Assembly (NCBI RefSeq): GCF_006345805.1 | Contig: NC_042998.1 | Span: 19,406,001 to 19,470,000 of the forward strand | DNA length: 64,000 nt | Reading direction: 5' to 3' | Origin: Octopus sinensis | Taxonomy: Eukaryota | Part shown: positions 51,414 to 64,000 of the stretch, in pieces | Position numbering within the stretch: position 1 is the stretch's first letter | Layout: each line of letters opens with the position of its first letter | Made by a program: the position numbers and the translations under genes | Notes under the pieces: model-generated | Told to the model about the DNA's origin: nothing | What the model saw: only the letters and a program-made list of their open reading frames with translations | The model's database searches: none

Positions 51414-51419
<6 letters not shown>
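51208..51419. repeat. Near-perfect palindrome, 102-bp arms, 8-nt loop, leader 51142-51207, (TA)n flanks
   Basis: 51208-51309 pairs with 51318-51419 with 2 mismatches. Confidence 0.95.
51344..51381 (+). ncRNA. Minimal type I hammerhead motif (mirror copy on minus strand 51246-51283)
   Basis: ctgt-CTGATGA-acg(gcaa)cga-GAA-A-ctcagag-T-A-acag. Confidence 0.7.
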
Positions 51420-51454
<35 letters not shown>

Positions 51455-51909
51455 GATATGTAGAAAAATACAAACTGAGACAAGAACGCATAAAAACTTA
51501 GAAGACGATACAACAAACACAGACAGGACATTCGAAGCCCTCAGTCTTCAGTCAAGAACCGGATCATCGTAGTAATTTCGGCTGATTAATCTTGAGATTA
51601 CTAGAACCGGCCAGCCCTCCGGGAAAAACTAAGCAACGAGCATTAGAAAAACTAAGCTAGGAGCGTAGATTGCCTGCAAGAAGGATCGAATGCATACGAA
51701 CACAGGGACAGCAAAACGGACGGTGCCACACGAATATAAAAAACAAAAAACAATAATGAAATACAAAAACGTGAAATACAAAAGCAATAATGGTAAAAAC
51801 AGCAAGTGTCTTACGACTAATAACAGTGCAAACAGGTCTGGCTGGCGTATTTTGCAAAATTGCCTTAGCAATATATATATATATATATATATAATATATA
51901 TATATAATA

Positions 51910-51952
<43 letters not shown>

Positions 51953-51983
51953 CATGTATGTATGTATGCATCTATGTATGTAT

Positions 51984-52216
51984 TCTTTTGACTGCGGCCA
52001 TGCTGGAGTACTGTGTTCAGTCGAACAAATCGACACCAGGTCTTATTCTTTCTTAACCTAGTACTTATTCTATCGGTTTCTCTTGCCGAATCGCTAACAT
52101 ACGGGTATGTAAATACACTGAGATCGCTTGCCAAGCGATGGTTGAGCGGAACAAACACAGACGCAGAAACATACATACACGCACACATATACAGACACAC
52201 ACATACATGCATACAT

Positions 52217-52291
<75 letters not shown>

Positions 52292-52294
52292 ATA

Positions 52295-52336
<42 letters not shown>

Positions 52337-52420
52337 GACTTCTTTCAGTTTCCGTCTATGAAAGTGCCACCCGGGACCATGTGCTTGGTAAGCAAGCTAA
52401 TTACCACACAGCCACTCCAT
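51984..52420 (-). mobile_element. SINE family B
   Basis: Revcomp body and head with an expanded internal microsatellite. Confidence 0.85.
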
Positions 52421-53174
52421 CTATATACATACATGTCCAAATTTTAGGGAATGGACCAAGCAAAATCCAAGTTACATATGTTTCTTAGCGAGCAGGACTT
52501 CGGAAGTATTAGTCACTCAGTCAGCAGCATTCCAAGAGCTACAAATCAGAAGATACCTTAGTTAAATGAAGGTTACATTGTCGTCAAGGGATCCCAAGTT
52601 AACTCAGAAGAGATATGATCGAACATCGATATAGGATAAATTTTTGCCCTTCTATGTCAATAAACCACCATTGTTCCTGAAAGATGTTTGTTATACCTCC
52701 TGCAAACAGCTCAAAGCTTACTAACTCCCTACACTTTACCGGGCTCCTTGGATCTTTCTTCTACAGTGACAGACAGATAGATAGACACACAAAGACACAT
52801 ACACATGCATATACATACATACATGCATATATATATACATATAAGATAAAAAATTTTATCAATGGCCAGCATATTAAAAAAATACCTTTAAAGGTTAAAT
52901 TTCATAAACAACTTATAAACAAGGGTGCAAGTAAGTATCTCATTTATTTCCTTATCGTATTTATCGCTGATGACGAGAACATTCTAAATGAATTAACTCA
53001 GAAATTGGGACCGATCCGATAATAACGAAATTTTTTTAGAAATTTCTATCGGCTTCCTTTCGGGATGCGTGGTTATAGTGATAAATTATATGGTTATTGT
53101 CGAATAAGTCTATATTTCGGCATATTTGGCATTAGAATTTTTTTCTTTCGCCCTTGTTTATAAGTTGTATATAT

Positions 53175-53220
<46 letters not shown>

Positions 53221-53485
53221 ATATGGAGAGAGAGAGAGAGAGAGAGTTTGCAGACAATGTTTTGTGATTTTTAGGTAAATAATTACAATATATTTAATTA
53301 ATTTCTATGAAGGTATTATAGATAATATCTTTTCAGTATTGATTGAATAACGAAATAGCGGTTTGTCTCAAAATTCTACACACACGTGCGCGCGCGCGTA
53401 TATAATATATTGTGTATTTTTGACTTAGGCTGCTAAATTGAATTTTTTCCCTGTTGGCTTGGAATTTTTATATTCCCTAACTATT

Positions 53486-53534
<49 letters not shown>

Positions 53535-53697
53535 TAGATGCTTCTATGTATCTATATAAATGGGCAATTGCATAACATTGTTGATAAAAGAATTAAGTTT
53601 TAGTATTACGCCTCACTCATAACATTAAATAGTGTCCACTTTACATTTGCTATAGTCTATGCAATTAACATAATTATGAAGTGTTTTGCCCATGTAA

Positions 53698-54210
53698 TCT
53701 ATATATATAAAACTGTAGTTGTGTGAGTGTCTGTCCCCTTCGATTTAGATTCCTAACTACTCCCACAGTTTACGGTGCAGTTTAACCAAATTCGGGTATC
53801 CTATAGTCGTGATTCATATCGAGCCCGTCTGAGTATTAGCGCCCGTCTACCATGAGTCTACGATTTTAAAAATAATTTAACATTATTTTTTATTCCATTT
53901 TAATGCATAATTTTTCGTGTGTCGATGGCGGCGGAGTTGGCGTCCATGGTCACACCTGCACCTGCTTGCTTCTCCCCCTTCTTCCCTCCCTCGTGAAGCT
54001 GTGGGGAAGGGAGTGTAAGGAAATCAACGTCGTAAAGCGTTGTCAAGGAGACCAGCGTTCTTTTAGAACAACGACTTCATGGCTTGAAGACACCAAAACA
54101 GAAATGGCTAAGAAAGCCCGAATTGGCATCTAATAGGGAAGTAACTCTCTAAAAATGCTTATATAGTTATTTCCCTTACAAACCCGAGCAACGCCGGGCG
54201 ATACTGCTAG
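53698..54210 (+). mobile_element. Non-autonomous Helitron
   Basis: a|TCtatatatataaa 5' end; subterminal hairpin cccg-agcaacgc-cggg 54183-98; CTAG|t 3' end. Confidence 0.85.
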
Positions 54211-54744
54211 TGTTATATAACAATATAATATATGTGCATCTCACTTTCGCTGATCACACTAGTTTTGAAAATATTTCTATGTTTCTCAAGTTAGCTACAA
54301 AGATACCATGTAATTATTTTACTATCGTTGTTTGTTTTGACTTAATCATTTATATACATCACATTTTATAACTAACATATATTTAATTGTAATGTAATGT
54401 TGTAAAATAGAAAATGCTAGACACATATTCTAAATAGAATTACATGATAATTTTTCATATGAACATTTGATATATTCAATCTGTAGTATTTTGTACAACT
54501 GAAAATGCACTTTTCTCAAAAAGTTCGCTTTCATTTTCAAGTAGAGTTACTGTCTATGTATTATGTCCATTCTAACAACTTTGTTTATATACTTTAACAA
54601 ATATATCTCTTTTTCTAGGAACATTTGAAAGGTGCGTCCACTCAATGTTCCTAAAATGCCATTACAATTAGAACTCACATGTAGGTAATTTGTTTCAATA
54701 CATCTCAACTTGTTTTAGTGAATTTCCCGACGGGAAAGACGCGT

Positions 54745-54985
54745 TCAGTTTCCAGTAACCTGCCTATGTGCCTTGTCGAAGTCTAGCGTACATCTCACAA
54801 GTTTGTGATCCATGTAGCTGACAATGTGGAATTGTGGACATCCTAAGCTATCCCTATATACAGTCCTACACAAAATCCTATCTAGATACGATCTCAACGA
54901 ACCAATGCGGTTGCTCCATGTCCACGTTGGTGTATTTGGGTGGTCGAGTCGGTAACTGTGAGATAAAAATTGAAAAGATTGGCTG
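54745..54985 (-). mobile_element. LINE APE-endonuclease C-terminal fragment (L1/Tx1-like)
   Basis: YRLDHP..PTWTWSN...RSYLDRIL...MDHKLV, matching the APE motifs xDxxxx and xDH. Confidence 0.7.
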
Positions 54986-55817
54986 ATTTTACAAGCATTT
55001 TTTTCAGCTTTGATATACGTGATTATAATACTTGTTATTGATATCAAGAAAACCAATACAATTTATTATGTTTCCTATAAGAACTTCAAGGATGTCTTGC
55101 AATCTTTTGCATAAGATCTGGTGTGACGAAAGAGAAATTTATCACAAGATGCCGAAACATTTCCAACATACTTAGATAACAATGTTAAGAGAAATAACAT
55201 AAATGGAAATGAATCCTTTAATAAAAGAAAACTGGTGGTGTTAATGTCGTCGACATTATATTGTACACAGTATACTTAGTGATGCACCACAGAAGTATGG
55301 GGAGAGGAAAAAATGTAGGTGTCAGTAATATGAGGAAATGATTGAAATGTTACATGAGTTATTATCGATTGAACAGAAGAGAATGTTTCTACATAAAAGC
55401 ATCGATTCAAACGATGAAGTTTAACACAGAACCCATACATATTTCTTTTGTACTTCATAGTTGAGTATTGTGTACAAACTGACACCAAAGATAGGTAGTA
55501 GAAAACGTTAGGAGCATGTATTATTATTATTATTATTATTATACCATATGTCAGAATTCATTAGTATTTATCTGCATAAAAGCTCAAATAATCATTTCTA
55601 TGCAATCACAAAGTGTCAAACATTGTTGTAATAACTACTTTTACAATAGACATCACAAAATCTATATATAATATATAATATAATAAAATATATGATTAAT
55701 ACATTCAAAGAGTTTCTGTTTTCTAATCAGGTGCTTGCGTATATTTTTTGATTTGCGCTGCTAATATGGCATACGTGACTGATATGGCATACGTGTATAA
55801 GAGACAACCGTTAACTC

Positions 55818-56085
55818 TAGGTGTGGCAGTGTGGTAAGAAACTGGCTTCATAGCCACATAGTTTCAAGATCAATTTCAATGCGCGGTACTTCCGACACGT
55901 GTCTTCTACTATAATCTCGGGACAACAAAAGATTTGTGTGATTATTTGGTAGATGGAAACTGAAAGAAGCCCGCCGGATATATATATATATATATATATA
56001 TGAGTGTGTGAGTGTGTGTGTGTATATATGTGTGTGTGCGTGTATGTGTGTGCGTTTGTGTGTGTGTTTGTATGTGTGTAGTTTT
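55818..56085 (+). mobile_element. SINE family B 5' half
   Basis: gtgtggtaag...gtgtcttctactata...gaaactgaaagaagccc plus microsatellite. Confidence 0.8.
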
Positions 56086-56671
56086 GGGTAGTTGATCCGC
56101 CTTGGTCCCCACCTGCGTTCAGCTCTCACCTGTGGCTCCTAGTAGCTATTTGTATGCAACTGCGGCGACACCCCGGGCAACGGCTTCTACTAGCCGGCTA
56201 AACCAAGGGAGGGTAGCCGACCGGTCATAGACCATCGGTGAGTTAGGGCTTGCCTGCCTACGCATACGAAGACTGGAGCCGGCTGATTCTATAGAAGCAA
56301 CCACCAGAACGGTTTCAACGGATAAGAGGGCGGTTACAGCAGGGCACCGTGGAGTGCATAGGGCAAGATGAGCCACTATAGGACATCTTGGTCATTCACT
56401 GCATCCGGTTCTGTCCCCAGTCTTTCGGTCTTGTGTTGCCACAGGTTAAGACGGTGTCGGACGAGACAGTGAGGTCGGCGATGCGCAACCCTTCCACACT
56501 TTAAACAAAGTTTCCTCGCTCAAGTCATCTGTCAATCTTCCTTCCATCCCTTCATCTGAAAATCCTGTGGCGACAGGCACGCAACGAAGCGACGGGTGTG
56601 GGTACACTGGAAGTCGTAGCCGCAAACCTACACACAGGCGGCTCAGGCCACAGGGTCGCTATTCACTGACC

Positions 56672-56978
56672 TGGAGCACCAGGTTTGAACGAATTATCAC
56701 TGGAGACATGGTTGTCTCGTTCAACATCCTTAAGCAACCTTTATTCAGCGACCTTTTGAGCGAAATGTGCTACTCGACCTGACGAAAATTCTAACTGAGC
56801 CCCACCTGGAAGATCATACGCTGTTTATCTTGATATAAGCCCACCAAGTCACGCACAAATGGCTGTGATGCATGTGTATGCTGTACCCTTATCAAACGTG
56901 TAGTCGTGATGGGTTCACTGTGCTCCGTATAGTTTACTCCAGTGTCACTTTGATGGCATGTACTGCTCTCTCACTGAA
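56672..56978 (+). mobile_element. 3' part of the 19428-19970 repeat family
   Basis: Direct alignment; ends in aataataatt. Confidence 0.75.
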
Positions 56979-58181
56979 TAATAATTATTATTTTATCCTT
57001 GAAGTAATGGCGCCCACGATTATTTAATCAAATGATTACTTGCTATTGTACACTGGATGTATGTAATTTGGTCAAAGAGATATTTTATACAGTTACGAAT
57101 ATACACTAAATATTTCAACAATACCTAAACAAAATAATTCGATATCCAAACCAAAATTGTAAATATTTACACTGATAGGATGATAGAAAAAAAAAAACTA
57201 TGAAAGAAAGTGAGCACAATATGGACGAATCGTTTGCAGATTTAAAAAAAAAATACGTGAATAAGTTTATCTCTCTGGGCTGAAAATGAAATTACATATG
57301 TGACAGTGCAAACATTTTTTTTTATATCAAGTGTGCGGAATGAATTGATGTAAATTGCTGCAAACATAGGCTAAGTGAAGTACTTTCAAAAAACGAAAAA
57401 GCAAATTATAGATTTTTATTAACAAGAGACTATACAATCAAAATATGCTGGAAAAGCAAAAGCTTTTAGGAGATTTCATGTGTTTAATTTTTGAAATGAA
57501 TAGTAGTTGATTAAATTAATACTTAACCCATATTTGACTCATGGGAATCGGAATGAAGTATTATTATTCGGTGATTAAACAAAAGATACATTAGTAAACG
57601 ACACTTTAGTGTACATTGGATTCTGCTGAATCATGTGAAATATGTTTATCTAAATAGAGGCGCAGTCGTGGCTGTGTATTTACGCAGTTTGCATTGCTTT
57701 TGTATGGTTTATATTTCACTCGCTCTGCAAGGTAAATGGAACACTAGTCTTCTTTGCATACAACTTATATATAAGTACATATTGGATAACCGGTGTTTTT
57801 TTATTTTAGTCGACGTTATTTGGCAGTTTTCCAAAGGGAGCAGAGGATAATAAATGCCACACTCCAAATACACACTGGGCACGATTTCATTCACTAAACC
57901 ATTGAATTTGGTATGTTTGTATGACCAAAACATGTGAACGATAAAAAGAAAAGATAATGTGCATAAAAGTGTTGTGCTTGTGAACATGCTCACATACCAC
58001 ACGCATATTCCATTCAAAGAAACTATTTAAAGAAAATATTAGAGATGTTTTATCATTTTGCCAAATACATAAACATACTTAACTACAAAAATGCACACAG
58101 GTTTGTATGCATTCACCTGTGTGTGTGTGTATATATATATGTGTGCATATATATATAGGTATATATATATATATATACGTA

Positions 58182-58224
<43 letters not shown>

Positions 58225-58236
58225 CATATGTAAATG

Positions 58237-58268
<32 letters not shown>

Positions 58269-58298
58269 GATTATATATATATATATATGTGTATATAT

Positions 58299-58347
<49 letters not shown>

Positions 58348-58394
58348 GTATATTTATATATATATATATATATACACATATATACACACAAAAT

Positions 58395-58775
58395 TAGATG
58401 TGTGGTAACAAGGTTTCTTTCAGACACATGCTACAGGGTTTGGCCCCCACTGCGAGACACATTGGGCTGGCGTCATCTTCTGTAGCCTAGGGGCAACCAA
58501 AATCTTGTGTGTGGATTTGGAAGACGGCAAATGAAAGAATCCCGTCGCATCGATGTGTGCGTGTGTGAGTTAGTTAGTTCCCACCACCACTTGATAATCC
58601 CTGCTGGTATGTTTACATTCCCATCATCTAGCGGTTCGGGAACAGAAACCGATAGAATAAGCCATAGGCTCTTAAAAATAAGTAACGAGGTCGATACATT
58701 CGACTAAAATTTTCTTCAGCGCTGTGCACCAGCATGCCCGCAGTCTAATAACTAAACAAGTAAAAGATAAAAGAT
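58395..58775 (+). mobile_element. SINE family B, degenerate
   Basis: gcggttcgg...accgatagaataag...aaacaagtaaaag. Confidence 0.7.
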
Positions 58776-58795
58776 ACACACTTACATATGTAAAT

Positions 58796-58843
<48 letters not shown>

Positions 58844-58903
58844 CTATACATTTATATACACACATGTATATGCATCAGTGTATATATGCGTACATATTAT
58901 ATG

Positions 58904-58971
<68 letters not shown>

Positions 58972-59490
58972 GTACATATATATGTGTATGTATATATATA
59001 TATATATATATGTATGTATATACATGTGTATGTGTGTATATATATATGCATATATTTATGAATGAGTGTTTGTATGCATGTATATATAGTATATATACGC
59101 ACACACGTACATACATGCATACATACATACATACATACATACATACATACATACATACAGACATACAGACATACATACATACATACATACATACATACAT
59201 ACATACATACATACATACATGCATAAATACATACATGTGTACATACATTGTTGATACCGCAATTTCTCGTTGAACAGCTACATATAAGATTCGTTTACTG
59301 TGTTCAAATATTTGTGTTAGATCATTTCCTCCATCAAATCGACATTACCTTTACAACAGCGCTGTCGGGCTCATTTAGATGCCCATTCGAAGCAATGATG
59401 TTTTATTCATCAGTTTTAATTGCACTGCGTTTGGAACGTCATCAAATGATACGCTGCTGCTGCTGCTTCGTGTTTGTTTGTGCTCTGAAG

Positions 59491-59910
59491 TACTCTCTTT
59501 TTACTCTTTTACTTGTTTCAGTCATTTGACTGCGGCCATGCTGGAGCACCGCCTTTAGTCGAGCAAATCGACCCCAGGACTTATTCTTTGTAAGCCCACT
59601 ACTTATTCCATCGGTCTCTTTTGCCGAACCGCTAGGTGACGGGGACGTAAACACACCAGCATCGGTTGTCAAGCAATGCTAGAGGGACAAACACAGGCAC
59701 ACAAACATATACACACATATACATACATATATATAAATATATATATACGACATGCTTCTTTCAGTTTCCGTCTACCAAATCCACTCACAAGGCATTGGTC
59801 GGCCCGAGGCTATAGCAGAAGACACTTGCCCAAGATGCCACGCAGTGGGACTGAACCTGCACCATGTGGTTGGTTAGCTAGCTACTTACCACACAGCCAC
59901 TCCTGGGCCT
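59491..59910 (-). mobile_element. SINE family B, close to consensus
   Basis: Revcomp full-length copy. Confidence 0.92.
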
Positions 59911-60149
59911 TTATAAAGTCTTTATAAATACATGACGGAACTGCTTGGATTACAACTCCTAGAATCGTTCACTACTGAGGCGGTGAAAATAATTACAGCT
60001 CTCCTACAGCCAAAAATAGTAGCAATGGCAGTGTGTCAACTTCTAAGTATCTTGTGATCTCTTTGATTCATTGAGTTTACTGCTGTTATTGTTTCGTTGA
60101 TGTTGCAGTTATGGTTAATGTAGTTGTTGCTGCTTGTTTGTTGGTGTGT

Positions 60150-60507
60150 TGAGCGAAGCGGTCTTCGTTGTCTTCGGAGAAGTCCGGAACGCGGCCCTTT
60201 GCTATTCGTAGGACCCGCAGAAGAGAAAGCAGGTCAACCCTCGACACCGAGAGCATCGACGGATGGATGAATGCGCATCCAGGCTCAACGGTTGCGCAGG
60301 AAGTCAGGGACAAGAAGCAGGAAGAAAGAGTGAGAGAATGTTGGGGCGAAAGAGTACAACAGGGGTCGCCAACACCCCCTGCCGGAGCCTCCTGGAACTT
60401 TAGGTGTTTTCGCTCAAGAAACACACACAACTCCCGGTCTGGGAATCGAAGCCGCGATCCTCCGACCACGAGTCCGCTGCCCTAACCACTGGGCAATTGC
60501 GCCTCCA
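60150..60507 (-). mobile_element. tRNA-headed SINE family C
   Basis: Revcomp tggaggcgcaattgcccagtggttagg...ttcgattcccag (A/B boxes), then a body shared with 5570-5869. Confidence 0.85.
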
Positions 60508-62178
60508 GCTCTCGCTGCTTACACTCTTGGTGATTTTCTGCTACTATTGACTCTAGTTGTGGTCATTGTTGTTGCCAATAATTCTGTCATTCCCGTTGCT
60601 GGTCATGGCTATGATTGTCGTACTTTGTGAGGTTTTATATTGACTGTGAATGAGGATTTTACCATCAAAAGCGTCTTCTACTAATCTCTCTTGTTGGTCT
60701 ACTAACACTAGCGAAAGCGTCAAATATATTTCTTAAGTTTTTATATGCTTTTTAAAAGTTCCTTTTCCCCACCTTTTTTTATAGACATTTTTTCTTCGTG
60801 TAGCGAATATAAAAAAGGTACAGCCAGACATTTTGCAGTCTTATTCGGCTTTGCAACAAGATTAAGTAGTAATTTTATCAAATATACCCACTAGGAGAAA
60901 TATAAAAGATTCAATATTACGTAACTTCTAAAACACGTTCAGCTATGTTGATCAACAACAATAGTAACGGCAGCTACAATAATGATGATGAAGATGATGT
61001 TGATGATGATGATGATGACGACAACAACGACGGCGCTGATGATGATGACGACGATGACGACGTCGACGAAGGGAACGACGAAGATGACAATGATGATGAT
61101 GATGATGTTAAAGATGATGATGATGATGATCAGATCAACTCCGGCGTATATCTAACAACGTAGATAAATATATTCTACATTAAATATCAATGTACAAATC
61201 ATGACAAAATAAAAATTAATTATATTTGTACAGAAACGTAAGAAACCTAGCATAATTTTTTTGTCAGCATTAAGTAAACACACACACACACGTACGCACA
61301 TGGAAGCGAAAACACAAGCAATCACACGCTATCCACATAATGATATTTTTCTATTAGACAAATGTATTAGTGGCTTTGTCTTTCATCCATTTAAGCATAA
61401 TCGCATTACAATAAATTCTAGCTAACTATCTGAATCATTCTTCAGCAAAATTCCATAATTCTACGGAGAATTCTTTATAGAATTATACAATTTCTCATAT
61501 TTAATAAAGTCTCTAAGACTGATGTGATTCATATATATACTTAATAAATACGTTCTTTGAGTAAAAACGCTTATATTTTTGTAGGTACGAATAGAATGTT
61601 CTGAAGTAATATCTTTGGCAATATGCCGCAGGTAATTAGTGGGGCTTTTCCTCCGAATATTCTAGTAACCTTACATAAATTATGTGCCTGAACAAACATA
61701 CCATGTATCGGCCTATTTATATTCCTGTCCCCAATCTTTGTGGTTTGTGAACGCAAAATTATTTATGCGTCATAAGCGTGAGACTATGGCGACAGGGAAA
61801 ATATGTAAGCAACATATTTTGCTTCAATACTAAGTTGAAGATTTCGAATGGTTCTTCAGAACCTTTCGTAATCTTAGGATTACAATCTCAATCTACAATT
61901 TCGTATTCAATTGGGATGTGTAACCTGAATCCTACAAACATGAAAAAATATTGTCAATAATAGTCAGCAGTTGTACTGATGCTGGTAAAGGAAATTACTA
62001 TAAAAATCCATTTTGCTCGATACAGTTCACCAGCTAAGATGCCATATAACCCAGCTTCACTATTCAATGAAATTAATATGCAAGCGATCTATATATGTTG
62101 TTATACGGAACAAACGAAATTAAATTTATCCTTCATAAATCTCTCGCTCCGTCCCCTACACTCTCTCTCTGTCATATG

Positions 62179-62237
<59 letters not shown>

Positions 62238-62249
62238 ATGTGTGTGTGT

Positions 62250-62287
<38 letters not shown>

Positions 62288-62330
62288 TAATAACAATAAT
62301 TCTAGGATGGAATTAACAACTATTATAATA

Positions 62331-62492
62331 TATCGCTACGAGCGCTTTCACAAATAACATGACTTTAACATCAGAGTCCGTTCCATTGGGACGAGTCTGG
62401 TATATTCTGTATTATCCGTACTCATCTCAAGGATACGGACTCCGATGTTTAAGTCATGTTATATGTGATCTGTGAAAACTCGGGTAGAGATA
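62331..62492. mobile_element. Foldback MITE with TA flanks (Tc1/mariner-type)
   Basis: Core arms 62348-81 / 62435-68 match 31/34; outer tatc.ctac / gtag.gata; TA on both sides. Confidence 0.7.
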
Positions 62493-63294
62493 TACCAAAT
62501 ATTTATGTCTTCCATCCCAGAATTATCGTTACTAGCAAATCTACCCATCTATGATGGAAGCATGAAATGACGGAGGGAAGTCATGACAGTAGTACGTATT
62601 GAGAAATGTGTAAATGTGCTTGATAGATTACTGGGTGATGTTTTAGAGAAATCATATTATCTTCGTGATACAGCATTCTATTGCAGCTGTATGACATGTG
62701 TTTGCGACTAAGTGACAAACTGAACTCAGCCTGTGTATCATGGATGATGACGTGGACCACGCGTATCGAAAGCCAGATCTTCCTTCGACCACTACATAAG
62801 AAGTATTAAGAAAATAATGTTATTTAGATATACTTTTCGGTTTAGATGTTTACATTATTTTACGGTTGTTTATACTCTTATACATTCAAAGTTCACGAAT
62901 TCCCTTATTTAAACTGTGAATCATATTCCTTTAGATAATATAAATATCATTACAAAAGCACTTTCTAGACGATATTTTCTGTTTGGTCGACAATAATTTT
63001 CAAGTTATTGGAGTCCGTTGCTCTACTCATAGTCACGTATAAATGGCCGTGTGTAAACTTTGGAGTGGGTAAAAATACACGTACGTGATCTAAATTCTGG
63101 CCGTGGCCTTCTTTGCTGTGAATGCGCAAGTGGGATCTTTAGGGTTGTAAAAAATCAACTTAGGACTTTCCTCTCACTGTTCTATGCGAATAAAATCTGT
63201 GTGTTCTGATACCATGTGATATTTTGATTGACAAATTGAGATGCAACAACAGCCGCTTTGACGATAGTCACAAAAAGAAAGTAAGAAGATTAGT

Positions 63295-64000
63295 GATAGA
63301 TAGATAGATAGATAGATATGTTTCTTTATTAGCCACACAGGGCTGCACACAGATAGAACAAATTACAAGGTAGAGCTTTTCTTTTGAAGGTATTAAAAAA
63401 AAAAAAAAAAAGGGAAGGGGGAGGTTCGATCAAAAGGGATCGTAAAAGGAGAGAAAGAGGACAAAAATAAGTGGGGTTGAAAAAAAAAAAAAAAAAAAAA
63501 ACGGGGGGGGGAGAGGAAAAAAAAATGATCAATAGGGATCGTTATCACAGAAATGTCAATATGAAGTGTAAAGGGGAGGACAGGTGAGGTTTACCCGTGG
63601 AAAGAAAAGCCTGCGGAAAAGACCACGGTAACCTCGGTCAATGAAGTCACATTTTATATTTCTTTTTTTTTTTTTTTTTTTGCAAATAAGCAACTCTCTG
63701 TTTTCGATTTCTGGGTTCATAGGACTATGCTCAAGGTGGCTTCGTCATTCATACGTGCCATTCTTGCTACATTCACCCATCTTTTTTTAAAACATTCGCT
63801 AGACAAAACTTGCCTCTCTACTCTCACTTTCCTTTTCAAGTGGTACTTGAAGAAGTTGATGAGAGATTGACCAGAGAGGAAAGTGTTTGTCTTCAATCCT
63901 TTCAGACGCGTCCACCAGATACATTCTTTCGCCATAGCCACAAGGATGATGAAAATAGCTCTTCCTTCCCGTTTGAAGGAAGGAGGCGTGACAATATTGA
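63295..64000 (-). mobile_element. Tx1/L1-like LINE 3' end running off the window
   Basis: ...IFIILVAMAKECIWWTRLKG...FKKRW C-terminal pattern; 3' UTR; aataaagaaacatatctatctatc tail into (ATCT)n. Confidence 0.7.

Overview
AT-rich, microsatellite-saturated metazoan non-coding DNA. The repeat make-up resembles octopus genomes as I remember them (inference, not checked). I recognise no intact host gene, tRNA, rRNA or CRISPR array, and most ORFs in the track are translated (TA)n/(CA)n/(AAT)n runs. The window is a transposon graveyard: several tRNA-headed SINE families (about 20 copies); 3' fragments of CR1-, RTE-, R4/Dong- and Tx1/L1-type LINEs; a Gypsy LTR+gag piece nested in a hAT element; a Helitron RepHel N-terminus plus three non-autonomous Helitrons; MITEs; and two different Penelope-like (PLE) GIY-YIG endonuclease remnants. 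The most interesting signal is invisible in the ORF track: a set of minimal type-I hammerhead-ribozyme (HHR) folds in short elements, often embedded in (TA)n. Two lie in near-perfect 102-162 bp palindromes, so each strand carries one ribozyme preceded by its own antisense copy. Two others have a swapped core 3-8 pair (GUGAACA = G3:C8 at 18259; UUGACAA = U3:A8 at 12261) that a standard CUGANGA search would miss. All folds were read by eye and cleavage activity is untested.
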